From Acidimicrobiia bacterium (GTDB lineage: Bacteria; Actinomycetota; Acidimicrobiia; IMCC26256; PALSA-610), in NCBI GenBank assembly GCA_038240075.1, contig JBBSEC010000003.1:5753-69752 (forward strand): a stretch of DNA of 64,000 nucleotides, in the 5' to 3' direction. Under the pieces are notes generated by a model. That model made no database searches and was not told the origin of the DNA. It saw only the letters and a list, made by a program, of their open reading frames with translations. Shown here piece by piece: positions 43,767 through 52,897 of this stretch. The position numbers and the translations under genes were made by a program. The first letter of the stretch is position 1, and every line of letters begins with the position of its first letter.

Positions 43767-44953
43767 ACACGCTCACCGCCACCCGAACCGACATCGAGAA
43801 GGTCGCACGCGAGTTCGAGCCGCGCCTGCTCGCCGGCGAAGACGCCGTGCGTCTCGTTCGCGAGCTGGGCGCGATCCGGTGTCTCGTGGACGGCATACTC
43901 GGGAAGGCCGCGCATCGCGTCGAGGACACTTCGGCGCACCGGCGCAACGGTGAGAACGATCGTGACGCCGCGCATCTCGTCGGCCGCGCGCTCGGCACGG
44001 ATTCGAGCGAAGCGCGTCGCGCGATCCGCACGGCGAAGAAAGTCGAGAAGCTGCCCGACACCGACGCCGCCGTTCGAGCAGGACTCTTGTCGGCACGGCA
44101 AGCGGAGTTGATCGCCGACGCCGCGACCGCGAACCCCGCCGCGGAGCAAAAGCTGCTCGCGGCCGCGGAAGAGGGCATGGTGGCGCTGAAGGAGGCGTGC
44201 ATCAACGCCCACGCCGAGGCCGAGGATCCCACCAAGCGTTCAGAGCGTCAGCGCCGCGCCCGCGGGGTGCGGACGTGGACCGCGAACGACGGCATGTTCG
44301 AAGGTCACTTCCGGCTCGCCCCCGAGATCGGCGGCCAGGTGAAGGCCGTGCTCGACGCGGAGGTGCAGCGGATCTTCCGTGCGCATCGGACATCCGGTGA
44401 ACGCGAGCCGCACGAGGCGTACGCCGCCGACGCGCTCGCACGGCTGCTCCTCGAAGGCAACCGAGACACGATCGACCCGGCGGCGAACCGAGCGGCGACG
44501 ACCGTCCACGTCGTGATCGACCACACCGCACTCGTGCGCGGCAACACGATTCCCGGTGAAACCTGTGAGATCACCGGCGTCGGGCCGGTCAACGTCGAAT
44601 GGGTGCGCGAGATGCTCGGCGACGCGTTCGTGACCGCCGTCATCAAGAAGGGCCGCGACATCACCACCGTTGCGCACTTCGGTCGCCACATCCCCGTCCA
44701 TCTGCGGACCGCGATGATCGTCGGCGGACGCGAATGCGTCGTCGGCTGCAACGCACGCGGCTACCTCGAAATCGACCACAGCGACGTCGACTTCGCCAAA
44801 GGCGGCCCCGCCGCCTGGTGGAACGTCGGCTACGGCTGCTCACCCCACCATCGACTCAAGACCCAAGGCTGGAAACTCGGCCCCCGCAACCCCAAAACCG
44901 GAAAACGAACCCTTACCGCTCCGTCCGCATCGACCACGGTGTCCCGTCGATGA
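43760..44953 (+). CDS. DUF222/HNH endonuclease (13E12-repeat-like) protein
   Basis: ATG 43760 (MFDTLTATRTDIEK...). C-terminal CVVGCNARGYLEIDHSDVDFAKGGP...CSPHH HNH-like part. Part of track ORF 43400..44953. Confidence 0.85.
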   Translation: MFDTLTATRTDIEKVAREFEPRLLAGEDAVRLVRELGAIRCLVDGILGKAAHRVEDTSAHRRNGENDRDAAHLVGRALGTDSSEARRAIRTAKKVEKLPDTDAAVRAGLLSARQAELIADAATANPAAEQKLLAAAEEGMVALKEACINAHAEAEDPTKRSERQRRARGVRTWTANDGMFEGHFRLAPEIGGQVKAVLDAEVQRIFRAHRTSGEREPHEAYAADALARLLLEGNRDTIDPAANRAATTVHVVIDHTALVRGNTIPGETCEITGVGPVNVEWVREMLGDAFVTAVIKKGRDITTVAHFGRHIPVHLRTAMIVGGRECVVGCNARGYLEIDHSDVDFAKGGPAAWWNVGYGCSPHHRLKTQGWKLGPRNPKTGKRTLTAPSASTTVSRR

Positions 44954-44958
44954 CTCGT

Positions 44959-46077
44959 TCAGGGAGCGATATCGAGGTTGTAGAGGCGCGCGCAGTTGCG
45001 CCAGACGATGTCGTTGCGCACGGCGTCGGAGAGGTGTGCGGTCTGCTCCGCGAGCACGCGCTGCGAGTTCGGGAACGTCGAGTCCGCGTGCGGGTGGTCG
45101 CTGGCCCAGAGGAGTCGTTCGTGGTTCACGAGATGGGTGGTCTGGAACGCGACCCAGTCGTCCTGGAACGTCAGCGAGACATTGGCGCGGAAGTAGTCGC
45201 TCGGGAGACGGGAGAGCGTGGCGTGGCCAAGCCAGTTGCGGTGGTGGGTCATCGCGTGATCGGCGCGGTACATCCAGTGCGGAGCCCATCCCGCGTCGGC
45301 CTCGACGCACACGACATTCAGCTCCGGCACCCGTTCGAACACGCCGCCGAAGATCATGGTGCCGATGATGTCCTGGCACCCGCGGATGATGCCGAGGAAG
45401 CTGTTCATCTTCGGACCGCGGTACTGCGGCGCCATCAGACCGTCGTTGCCGCTGGTGAGGATGTGGAACGACAACGGCAAGCCGAGCTCCGCGGCGGCTC
45501 GCCAGAACGGGTCCCAGCGCGGATCGTCGTAGTCGCCGTCGGCGTGGCACGCGGCGATGCCGGGGACCATGACACCCCGCAACCCGAGCGCCTTGATCTG
45601 TTGCAGGTCTTCGATGCCTTCCTCGACACTGCGCAGCGCGGTCTGGCCGATGCCGATCAGTCGCTGCGGGTCGGTGGCCTGGAACTCGGCCATCCAGAGG
45701 TTGTAGGCGTCGAAGCAGGCCTTCTTGTAGTCGGCGTCGGCGAGGTTGCACAGCAGCATACCGACCGACGGGTACAGCACCTCGGCGGCGACGCCGTCGC
45801 GATCCTGCTCGGTGAGCCGCGCCTTCGGGTCGAAACCGCCCGGATGCAGCTCGTCCCATCCGACGTACTGGAACGGACCGACCTTGTCGACGGGCCGACC
45901 CGCGGCCGCGACCATGCCGTAGGGAACGAGCGTCGCGCCGTTGTCGATCAGCATCACCGCACCCATCGTCTCGTGCGTGACCGCCTTCGGCGCTCGGTCG
46001 CGAAAGCGCGGGTCGATGCGCGGCTCGTAGCAGTCGCCGGGCTCGGTGACGTGGGAATCGGCTGAGATCGAGAACAC
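44959..46077 (-). CDS. amidohydrolase-2 family protein
   Basis: GTG at 46077-46075 follows AGGAGGAA (VFSISADSHVTEPG...). WASDHPHADS. Confidence 0.9.
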   Translation of the reverse strand: MFSISADSHVTEPGDCYEPRIDPRFRDRAPKAVTHETMGAVMLIDNGATLVPYGMVAAAGRPVDKVGPFQYVGWDELHPGGFDPKARLTEQDRDGVAAEVLYPSVGMLLCNLADADYKKACFDAYNLWMAEFQATDPQRLIGIGQTALRSVEEGIEDLQQIKALGLRGVMVPGIAACHADGDYDDPRWDPFWRAAAELGLPLSFHILTSGNDGLMAPQYRGPKMNSFLGIIRGCQDIIGTMIFGGVFERVPELNVVCVEADAGWAPHWMYRADHAMTHHRNWLGHATLSRLPSDYFRANVSLTFQDDWVAFQTTHLVNHERLLWASDHPHADSTFPNSQRVLAEQTAHLSDAVRNDIVWRNCARLYNLDIAP

Positions 46078-46087
46078 CGTGTTCCTC

Positions 46088-47620
46088 CTAGCTGAGTCCG
46101 AGCCGGGCGAGTTGTTCGGCCGGCGCTTCGACCGCACGCAGCGCGGCCTCGAGGAGCTCGGTCATCTCCGCGGCCGCGTTGCCGCCGGCCTGGTTGCGGA
46201 CCGCGCCGGCGGCGTCGGCTTCGGCGCGGTCGTAGAGCAGATCGCCGCTGAATGCGCCGAGCGCCCAGAACGGCAGCGCGTCGCTCGGGTCGAACGGCTG
46301 CCGCATCACGGGGACGTCGCTTCCGGGCGCCGTGGTGAGCACGGCCCGCCGATCCGGGCGGGGAAGCCGAATATCCGGGAACGCGCGCACGGGCATCGTC
46401 GACCACCGGTTCGAGTACATCGACAGCGGACGGTTGGTCGCGACGGGTGCCTTCGCGAAGGTGCGGGTGGCGTCGGCCACGTGCACCTCGCGTCCCCAGA
46501 CGCCGCTCAATGCCCATTCGCGCACGCTGGTCGCGGTTCCTTCGAGCAACGGCACGAGCGAGTACCCGTGCGTGCGGTGCCCCGCGATGACACCGAACGC
46601 GTCGCACAACGTCGCATGGAGGTCGACGGTCGTCGTGAGCGCAGCGCACGTGCGGGGTGCGGCGCCCGGCCACGAGACGAGCAACGGGATGTGCCCGAGC
46701 TCGGGATACACGGGCACCTGCGGCTTGCCCCACATGCCGCGCTCGCCGAGGTAGTGCCCGTGGTCGGTGCAGACGACGAACGCGGTCGTGTCCCACGCGT
46801 CGCGACGATCGACGACGTCGATGATCCGGCCGAGCCAGTGGTCGATCATCGAGAGCTTGGCGCCGTACTGCGACCGCAGGTGACGCCCGTCGCGCGCGCT
46901 CAGCCCGGATTCCTCGTGGTTGCGCGCGTACGGGGGCCAGATGATCCGCGCGCCTTCCCAGTCGCCGTCGTAGCGACTGGCCCACGGTTCCGGCGTGTCG
47001 AACGGCTCGTGCGGATCGAACTCGTCGACGATCAGGAGCGCGCGCTCGGCCGGCCCGCGTTCCGCGCCGAGCTCCTGGTCGAGCCAGCGCGCGGCCGCGG
47101 TCATCGTCTTCGGACCGGGGAAGTCGGCTTCGTCGCGGAAGGTCGTGCGACTCACGTCGTATCCGCGCGGGAACGGTGCGGCACGCGCCGGAAGCGCCGG
47201 CGCGCCGATCCACGACGGGTCGGGTCGCGTGCGCCACGGATCGTCTTCGTGACCGCGCACGTAGTCCCAGGCCGTGAAGTCGTTGTGATAGTTCTCGCCG
47301 CCGCACTCGAACAGGTGCGGGTGATCGCTCACCAGCATCGTGGAGATCCCCGCGTCGCGGCGCAGCAGATGGGTGACCGCGTCCTCCCAGATCTCGATCG
47401 AGCCCCACGGCCGCCACGGGAAGTCGAGCGCGCCGACGAGCAGGTCGTGCCGCGCGGGCATGCAGGGGAGCGAGCCCGTGTGGTGGTTCGTGAAGCGCAC
47501 CGAGCGGCTCGCCAACCGGTCGAGGCTCGGGGTGTCGAACTCGGTGCCGCCGTAGCAGCCGAGCAGGTGCCGGTTCAGGCTGTCGAGCAACACGACGACG
47601 ACGTCGCGCGGTGCGGTCAT
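46088..47620 (-). CDS. sulfatase (formylglycine-type, CxPxR)
   Basis: ATG at 47620-47618 (MTAPRDVVVVLLDSLN...). SLPCMPARHD contains C-x-P-x-R. Confidence 0.9.
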   Translation of the reverse strand: MTAPRDVVVVLLDSLNRHLLGCYGGTEFDTPSLDRLASRSVRFTNHHTGSLPCMPARHDLLVGALDFPWRPWGSIEIWEDAVTHLLRRDAGISTMLVSDHPHLFECGGENYHNDFTAWDYVRGHEDDPWRTRPDPSWIGAPALPARAAPFPRGYDVSRTTFRDEADFPGPKTMTAAARWLDQELGAERGPAERALLIVDEFDPHEPFDTPEPWASRYDGDWEGARIIWPPYARNHEESGLSARDGRHLRSQYGAKLSMIDHWLGRIIDVVDRRDAWDTTAFVVCTDHGHYLGERGMWGKPQVPVYPELGHIPLLVSWPGAAPRTCAALTTTVDLHATLCDAFGVIAGHRTHGYSLVPLLEGTATSVREWALSGVWGREVHVADATRTFAKAPVATNRPLSMYSNRWSTMPVRAFPDIRLPRPDRRAVLTTAPGSDVPVMRQPFDPSDALPFWALGAFSGDLLYDRAEADAAGAVRNQAGGNAAAEMTELLEAALRAVEAPAEQLARLGLS

Positions 47621-48228
47621 GGCTCGTCGAGCACGACGACGCCGGGCCAGCGTCGGTGCGGCTGCTTGCGTTCGATGCGCGCCCGGCAGTCGGCGTCGGT
47701 CGCGCGGTTGTACTCGCGGTTGCGATTGCGGCGCCAGACCCCGTCGAGCAGGTCGTGGAGACCGTACGGAGCCGCGATCTCGAGTGTGAGGTCGTCGTCC
47801 GCGCCGCGGTCGGCGTCGGGATCGAGCCGCACCGCGATCGCGGTCGCAATCTCGGGCCAGGTGGAGACGCCGTCGGTCGTCGACGTCAGCGGGTGCGCGG
47901 CGGCGCCGAAGCGGGCCTCGTACCAGAGGTGCACGCGGGCCTGGTTCTTCACGTCCCATTCGACCGACGGTTCCTGCTCGTGGAGCCCGTGCTCGATGGC
48001 GTGCTCGTGCTCGGCACTGAGGTCGCCGGGATCGAAGAACACGACGTCGATGTCTTCGACGCGCGCGGGATCGAAGCCGTCGCCGAAACGCGTGTCCCAC
48101 ACGAGGTCGCGCACCGCGCCCGCTCCGATCCAGCAGTCGGGGAGGCCGAGCGCGTCGACGACGCGCAACATGTGCCGCAGCCAGTCCGAGCCGAGCACCA
48201 GCTCGGTCAGCTCCTCCGCGCGTTTCAT
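47617..48228 (-). CDS. nucleotidyltransferase family protein (NTP_transf_6-like)
   Basis: IGAGAVRDLVWD...DIDVVFFD...WDVKNQARVH. ATGA overlap with the sulfatase. Confidence 0.7.
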   Translation of the reverse strand: MKRAEELTELVLGSDWLRHMLRVVDALGLPDCWIGAGAVRDLVWDTRFGDGFDPARVEDIDVVFFDPGDLSAEHEHAIEHGLHEQEPSVEWDVKNQARVHLWYEARFGAAAHPLTSTTDGVSTWPEIATAIAVRLDPDADRGADDDLTLEIAAPYGLHDLLDGVWRRNRNREYNRATDADCRARIERKQPHRRWPGVVVLDEP

Positions 48229-48244
48229 CGGCTCGAGCCCGAGG

Positions 48245-49207
48245 TCAGGGGATGAGCACCACGCGGCCGACGGCCTGGCGGCTCTCGAGGTACGCGTGCG
48301 CGGCGGCGGCCTCCGCGAGGGGATAGGTCCGGTCGACGAGCACCTTGAGCCGGCCGTCGGCGACGTCGTCGATGAGCCGGCGGATCATCTCCTGGGCGCG
48401 GTCGGTGACGATCTCGGCGCCGAGGAAGACGCCGGTGATCGACTGGTTGTTCATGCCCAGCACACCGATGTCGAACGGCTGAGCATCGCGACCGGCGCTG
48501 CCGACCGTGATTGCGCGTCCGCGGTACGCGAGGCACGCGACACTGCCGCCGAGGATCTTTCCGCCGACCGAGTCGACGACGAGGTCGACACCACGGCCGC
48601 CCGTGAGCTCGCGCACCTCGTCGACCCAGCCGTCGTTGGAGTAGTCGATGCCGTGATCGAGGCCGAACGGCACGAGCCGCTCGAGCCGGTCCGCGCTCGA
48701 CGCGGTCGCGAAGACGGTCGCGCCCGCGCGCTTGGCGAGCTGGATGGCGGCGATGCCGACGCCCCCGGCTCCGGCCTGGATGAGCACGGTCTCGCCCGCC
48801 TTCAGGCGCCCGAACTCGAACAGGCAATCATCTGCGGTGCCGAACGCGACCGGGACGCACGCGACCGGGACGAGGTCGGCGCCGTCGGGAACCGGCCACG
48901 TGAGGATCTCGGGAACGGCCATCAGCTCCGCGTGCGAGCCCGACAGGTTGGTGCACACGACCTTCTGCCCGACCGTGCGGTTGGTGACGCCTTCGCCGAC
49001 CTCGCGGATCGTGCCGGCGCACTGATAGCCGACGATGTGCGGCGTCGAGGTCATCTCGCCGCCGGCGCGGTTCAGCGTGTCGCCGCCCTCGATGCTGATG
49101 GCCTCGATCGAGACGATGACCCCGCCGGGATACACCACCGGGTCGGGGACGTCTTCGTACCGGAAGACATCGGGCGGACCGGTCTTGTAGTACACGGCGG
49201 CTTTCAT
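48245..49207 (-). CDS. zinc-type alcohol dehydrogenase/quinone oxidoreductase family
   Basis: 320 aa. MDR fold, AGAGGVGIAAIQLAK Rossmann motif. Confidence 0.9.
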   Translation of the reverse strand: MKAAVYYKTGPPDVFRYEDVPDPVVYPGGVIVSIEAISIEGGDTLNRAGGEMTSTPHIVGYQCAGTIREVGEGVTNRTVGQKVVCTNLSGSHAELMAVPEILTWPVPDGADLVPVACVPVAFGTADDCLFEFGRLKAGETVLIQAGAGGVGIAAIQLAKRAGATVFATASSADRLERLVPFGLDHGIDYSNDGWVDEVRELTGGRGVDLVVDSVGGKILGGSVACLAYRGRAITVGSAGRDAQPFDIGVLGMNNQSITGVFLGAEIVTDRAQEMIRRLIDDVADGRLKVLVDRTYPLAEAAAAHAYLESRQAVGRVVLIP

Positions 49208-49236
49208 GCATGCACCTTATGGCGACTCGAAGACCG

Positions 49237-50184
49237 TCACTCGAATGTCGTGGGCACTTGCGGAGCACGGTCGATCGTGAGGTGGAAGATGTCGGGACGG
49301 CCGTAGTGCCCGGCGACGTCGAGGGTGCGGTGCCCGCCGGCCGCGGCGTGCGGATCGATCTCGGCCATGAGGATGCCGTGCTCCTGGTGCAACGGGCCGG
49401 CGACGATCGTGCCGCCGGGGGCCACCACCACCGAGTCGCCGCCGTTGAGCCACGCGTCGGGATCCTGGAAGACGTGATCGCGCTCGGGAAACGCGGCCGG
49501 AACATCGGAGGTGTGCATCGAGCAGCCCGCGCCGATGACCCAACACCGGCCTTCCGCCGCGATGTGGCGCATCGTCGCGACCCACGTGTCGCCCTCGTCC
49601 CACGTCGACGCGATGTAGACCTCGACGCCCTCGGAGTAGAGCGCGTAGCGCGCGAGGGGCATGTAGTTCTCCCAGCAGATCAGGCCGCCGAGCCGACCGA
49701 TCGGCGTGTCGACCACGCGCAGCCCGCGCGCGTCGCCGTAGCCCCACACCATGCGCTCCGGGTTCGTGGGCACCAGCTTGCGGTGCAGGTTCAGCACCGA
49801 CCCGTCGGCGCCGATCGTGACGAGCGTGTTGTAGATGGTGGCGCGGCTGTGCGCGCCGTCGCGCTCGTGCACGCCGCACACCACGACGACGTTCCGTTGC
49901 GCCGCCGCTTCGCGCAGCGGGCGGAGATCGTCGGCGACGAGGTCGACACTGTTGTCGAGCAGGTCGCGGTAGATCCGGTCGGAGAGGTCGTAGTCGGAGC
50001 CGGGCCGGAGCTTCCAGATCCACGCGGGGTACCCCGGGATGTACGTCTCCGGGAACACGAGGAGGCGCGCGCCGGCGTCGGCGGCTTCGTGCAGATGCTC
50101 GACCGCTCCCTTGAGCGTGGCTTCGCGATCGAGGAGCACCGGCGGCCGCTGCACCACCGCAACCGTGAACGGGTCGTTGGCCAT
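49237..50184 (-). CDS. nitrilase/carbon-nitrogen hydrolase
   Basis: ATG at 50184-50182 follows GAGGAGGA. FPETYIPGYP (Glu), HRKLVPT (Lys) and LICWENYMP (Cys) triad. Confidence 0.9.
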   Translation of the reverse strand: MANDPFTVAVVQRPPVLLDREATLKGAVEHLHEAADAGARLLVFPETYIPGYPAWIWKLRPGSDYDLSDRIYRDLLDNSVDLVADDLRPLREAAAQRNVVVVCGVHERDGAHSRATIYNTLVTIGADGSVLNLHRKLVPTNPERMVWGYGDARGLRVVDTPIGRLGGLICWENYMPLARYALYSEGVEVYIASTWDEGDTWVATMRHIAAEGRCWVIGAGCSMHTSDVPAAFPERDHVFQDPDAWLNGGDSVVVAPGGTIVAGPLHQEHGILMAEIDPHAAAGGHRTLDVAGHYGRPDIFHLTIDRAPQVPTTFE

Positions 50185-50248
50185 CGTCAGGTCCTCCTCG
50201 TCGTCCCGGGAGATTCTGCCTGGCGGGGAGGCGGACGGCCGAGCGACT

Positions 50249-50280
50249 CTGACGACTACACAATATGATAAAGTTGTCAG
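50249..50280. promoter_or_regulatory. inverted repeat plus -10-like box abutting the arsR start (probable autoregulatory operator; possibly leaderless)
   Basis: CTGACGACT-N14-AGTTGTCAG (8 of 9 complementary) with TATGAT at 50264-50269. The ATG at 50281 follows directly. Confidence 0.45.
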
Positions 50281-50646
50281 ATGCCGGAACGTGAGTTGGA
50301 GGCGGTGCTGCGGCGCCCGATCTCCGAGATCAAGGCCGATCTGTTCCGAGCGCTTGCGCATCCCGCGCGTATTCGGGTCCTCGAGTTGCTGAGCGAGGGA
50401 GAGCGGGCCGTCGGCGAGATACAGCCCATCGTCGGCATCGAGGCGTCGCATCTGTCGCAACAGCTGGGCGTGCTGCGCCGCGCGGGATTGGTCACTGCTC
50501 GCAAGGCCGGCTCGTCGGTGTTCTACGCGATCCGAGACCCCGAGGTGGTGCAGTTGCTCGCGTCGGCAAAACGGGTGCTGATCAACTCGTTGTCGGAGTC
50601 CCAGGGTCTGCTCGCGGAACTGCGCGTCGGCGCGGGTGAGGTGTGA
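50281..50646 (+). CDS. ArsR/SmtB family transcriptional regulator
   Basis: LFRALAHPARIRVLELLSEGERAVGEI...SHLSQQLGVLRRAGLV wHTH. Confidence 0.9.
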   Translation: MPERELEAVLRRPISEIKADLFRALAHPARIRVLELLSEGERAVGEIQPIVGIEASHLSQQLGVLRRAGLVTARKAGSSVFYAIRDPEVVQLLASAKRVLINSLSESQGLLAELRVGAGEV

Positions 50647-52349
50647 GTTCGCGATTCAGCGCAGTCACACGCCTGCTGCCGCGCCGATCCGACTACGCGG
50701 GTCTCTCGCGTTCGTGGCGCACCGACGTGGTCGCGGGCGTCACCGTCGGCGTCGTCGCGCTGCCACTCGCGTTGGCATTCGGTATCGCGACCGGCCTCGG
50801 AGCGCGCGCGGGCTTGATGACGGCGATCGTCGCGGGACTCATCGCCGCGATCTTCGGAGGATCGAACGTTCAGGTGTCGGGGCCGACCGGAGCGATGACG
50901 GTTGTGTTGGTGCCGATCGTGGCCCGGTACGGACGCGATGCGGTGTTCGTCGTCGGCATCATGGCCGGTGTCCTCATCACGATCGCGGCGTTCGCGCGCC
51001 TCGGTCGCTATCTCGCGTACATGCCCTGGCCGGTGATCGAAGGGTTCACGGTGGGCATCGCGGTGATCATCTTCCTGCAACAGGTGCCGGCAGCCCTCGG
51101 CGTCGAGAAACCCAAGGGCGAGAACACCGCACTCGTCGCGGCGCGCGCGGTTGGGCATGCGTTCGGGAACGGGAACGCGGCGGCTCTGGCCGTCCTGGCC
51201 ATCGTCGCCCTGCTGATGGTCGTGCTTCCCCGCATGCACCGATCGCTTCCCGCGTCGCTCCTCGCGGTCACGGCGGCGACGATCGTTGCGAAGGCGTTCC
51301 ACCTCCACGTCGCGCGCATCGGCCACCTCCCGAGCTCTCTGCCCGGACCGTCGTTCCCGACGATGTCGTTCGAACGAATGAGCGCGTTGTTTTCGGCGGC
51401 GTTCGCCGTGGCGTTGCTCGCCGCGCTCGAGTCGTTGCTCTCCGCCAAGGTGGCCGACGGCATGGCCGATACCGGCAGGCACGATCCCGATCGCGAGCTG
51501 TTCGGCCAGGGCCTGGCCAACATCGTGTCGCCGTTATTCGGCGGGATGCCGGCCACGGGTGCGATCGCCCGCACCGCGGTCAACGGTCGCGCGGGAGCGC
51601 GAACGCGAGTCTCGGCAGTCGTGCATTCGGTTGTGCTGATCGCGGTCGTGTTCTTCGGCGGCCCGCTGGTGGCGCAGATACCGTTGGCGGCACTCGCCGG
51701 TGTGCTGATGGTGACGGCCGCGCGCATGGTCGAGCTGCACAACGTGCGCGCCGTCTTTCGAGCGACCCGCTCCGACGCGCTCGTGCTCGCATTGACGGCC
51801 GCGGCGACGGTGGCCTTCGACCTGATTGTCGCGGTCGAGATCGGCATCGTGGTCGCTGCAGGCCTCGCGCTCCGCAACGTGGCGCGCACCGCGGCCGCCG
51901 TGGTGGAACCGGTCGCCGCGCGCGACGGCGACGGTGCCGAGGTGACCGGCGACGACGAACAGGCCTTGATGTCCGAGCACATCGTCACGTACCGGCTCGA
52001 CGGCGCACTGTTCTTCGGCGCCGCCCATCGTTTCCTTGCAGAACTGACCGCGGTCTCCGACGTGCGCGTCGTGATCCTGCGGTTCCCGCAACTCCAGGTG
52101 CTCGACGCCACGGGGGCGCAGGCGCTCGGCGAGATCGTCACTGTGCTCGAGCGCCGGGGTGTCACGGTGTTGCTGAAGGGACCGCGTCCCCAACATCTGC
52201 GCGTCCTTCTCGCCGTCGGCGCACTCGACCGGTTGGCGCACGAGAACCATCTGTTCACGAACCTCGACGACGCGGTCGCGCACGCGCACGAGCATGTCGA
52301 TCGCGAAGCGCGGATCACCTCGGAGCCGGCGGACGCGACGGTCAGATGA
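50643..52349 (+). CDS. SulP family anion transporter with C-terminal STAS domain
   Basis: 568 aa. Polytopic SulP core, then a STAS-like YRLDGALFFGAAHRF...LRFPQLQVLDATGA. Confidence 0.95.
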   Translation: MSSRFSAVTRLLPRRSDYAGLSRSWRTDVVAGVTVGVVALPLALAFGIATGLGARAGLMTAIVAGLIAAIFGGSNVQVSGPTGAMTVVLVPIVARYGRDAVFVVGIMAGVLITIAAFARLGRYLAYMPWPVIEGFTVGIAVIIFLQQVPAALGVEKPKGENTALVAARAVGHAFGNGNAAALAVLAIVALLMVVLPRMHRSLPASLLAVTAATIVAKAFHLHVARIGHLPSSLPGPSFPTMSFERMSALFSAAFAVALLAALESLLSAKVADGMADTGRHDPDRELFGQGLANIVSPLFGGMPATGAIARTAVNGRAGARTRVSAVVHSVVLIAVVFFGGPLVAQIPLAALAGVLMVTAARMVELHNVRAVFRATRSDALVLALTAAATVAFDLIVAVEIGIVVAAGLALRNVARTAAAVVEPVAARDGDGAEVTGDDEQALMSEHIVTYRLDGALFFGAAHRFLAELTAVSDVRVVILRFPQLQVLDATGAQALGEIVTVLERRGVTVLLKGPRPQHLRVLLAVGALDRLAHENHLFTNLDDAVAHAHEHVDREARITSEPADATVR

Positions 52350-52372
52350 TCACCGGTTGGTGATCCCGTCGG

Positions 52373-52468
52373 TTACGACAGGTGTTCCGCGAGCTCCTGC
52401 AGGAGGTGGGCCTTGCCCCGCGCGCCGACGAGTCGCCGCTCCTCCTGGCCGTTCACGAACAGCACCAT
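52373..52468 (-). pseudogene. thioredoxin C-terminal remnant (31 codons)
   Basis: The minus strand reads MVLFVNGQEERRLVGARGKAHLLQELAEHLS*, like the last strand and helix of thioredoxin. An in-frame TAG lies two codons upstream and no CxxC part is present. Confidence 0.35.
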
Positions 52469-52484
52469 CCGTTCCTAGGTACGG
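52469..52484. promoter_or_regulatory. near-palindrome next to a TTGACT -35-like hexamer (possible MerR-type operator)
   Basis: CCGTTCCTAGGTACGG (14 of 16 symmetric). On the minus strand it is directly preceded by TTGACT. It lies 27 bp upstream of the merR-like start. Confidence 0.3.
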
Positions 52485-52510
52485 AGTCAAGGGGTCTACC
52501 GTTTCCGGTC

Positions 52511-52897
52511 GTGAGCGCGTTCACGATCGGCCGGCTGGCCGAGGCTGCCGGAGTCAACGTGGAGACCGTGCGCTATTACGAGCGCCGCGGGCTGCTCGAG
52601 CGGCCGGTGCGCCGCGGCTCGCAGTACCGCGAGTACGCCGACGCCGATGTCGACCGGCTGCAGTTCATCCGTCGCGCCAAGGCACTCGGCTTCACCCTCG
52701 CCGAGATCCGGGAGCTGCTCACGGCCGCCGACTCGGGGAGCGCCGACGGCGTGCTCGTCGCGGCCCGGGCCAAGTTGGCGCAGGTCGAGGCCGACCGCGA
52801 CGAGATCGAGGTGTTGCACACGCGCCTCGCGCGTCTCGTCGACGTCTGTGCCGACGGGAGCGACGACTGCGTGACCCTCGAGATCGCACCCCGGTGA
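52511..52897 (+). CDS. MerR family transcriptional regulator
   Basis: GTG 52511 gives VSAFTIGRLAEAAGVNVETVRYYERRGLL. C-terminal Cys pair (VCADGSDDC). Confidence 0.85.
   Translation: MSAFTIGRLAEAAGVNVETVRYYERRGLLERPVRRGSQYREYADADVDRLQFIRRAKALGFTLAEIRELLTAADSGSADGVLVAARAKLAQVEADRDEIEVLHTRLARLVDVCADGSDDCVTLEIAPR

Noticed and set aside
46046-49306. Very long track ORFs, such as the 1086-aa ORF here, and also 1102..2229(-), 8236..10053(+), 10956..12545(-), 17821..19752(-) upstream part, 34223..35995(-) and 62037..63788(-) upstream part.
   Set aside because: These are Arg/Pro/Gly/Ala-rich translations with no recognisable motifs. They lie antisense to, or out of frame with, genes that have clear family signatures. 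They are typical shadow ORFs of a high-GC genome.
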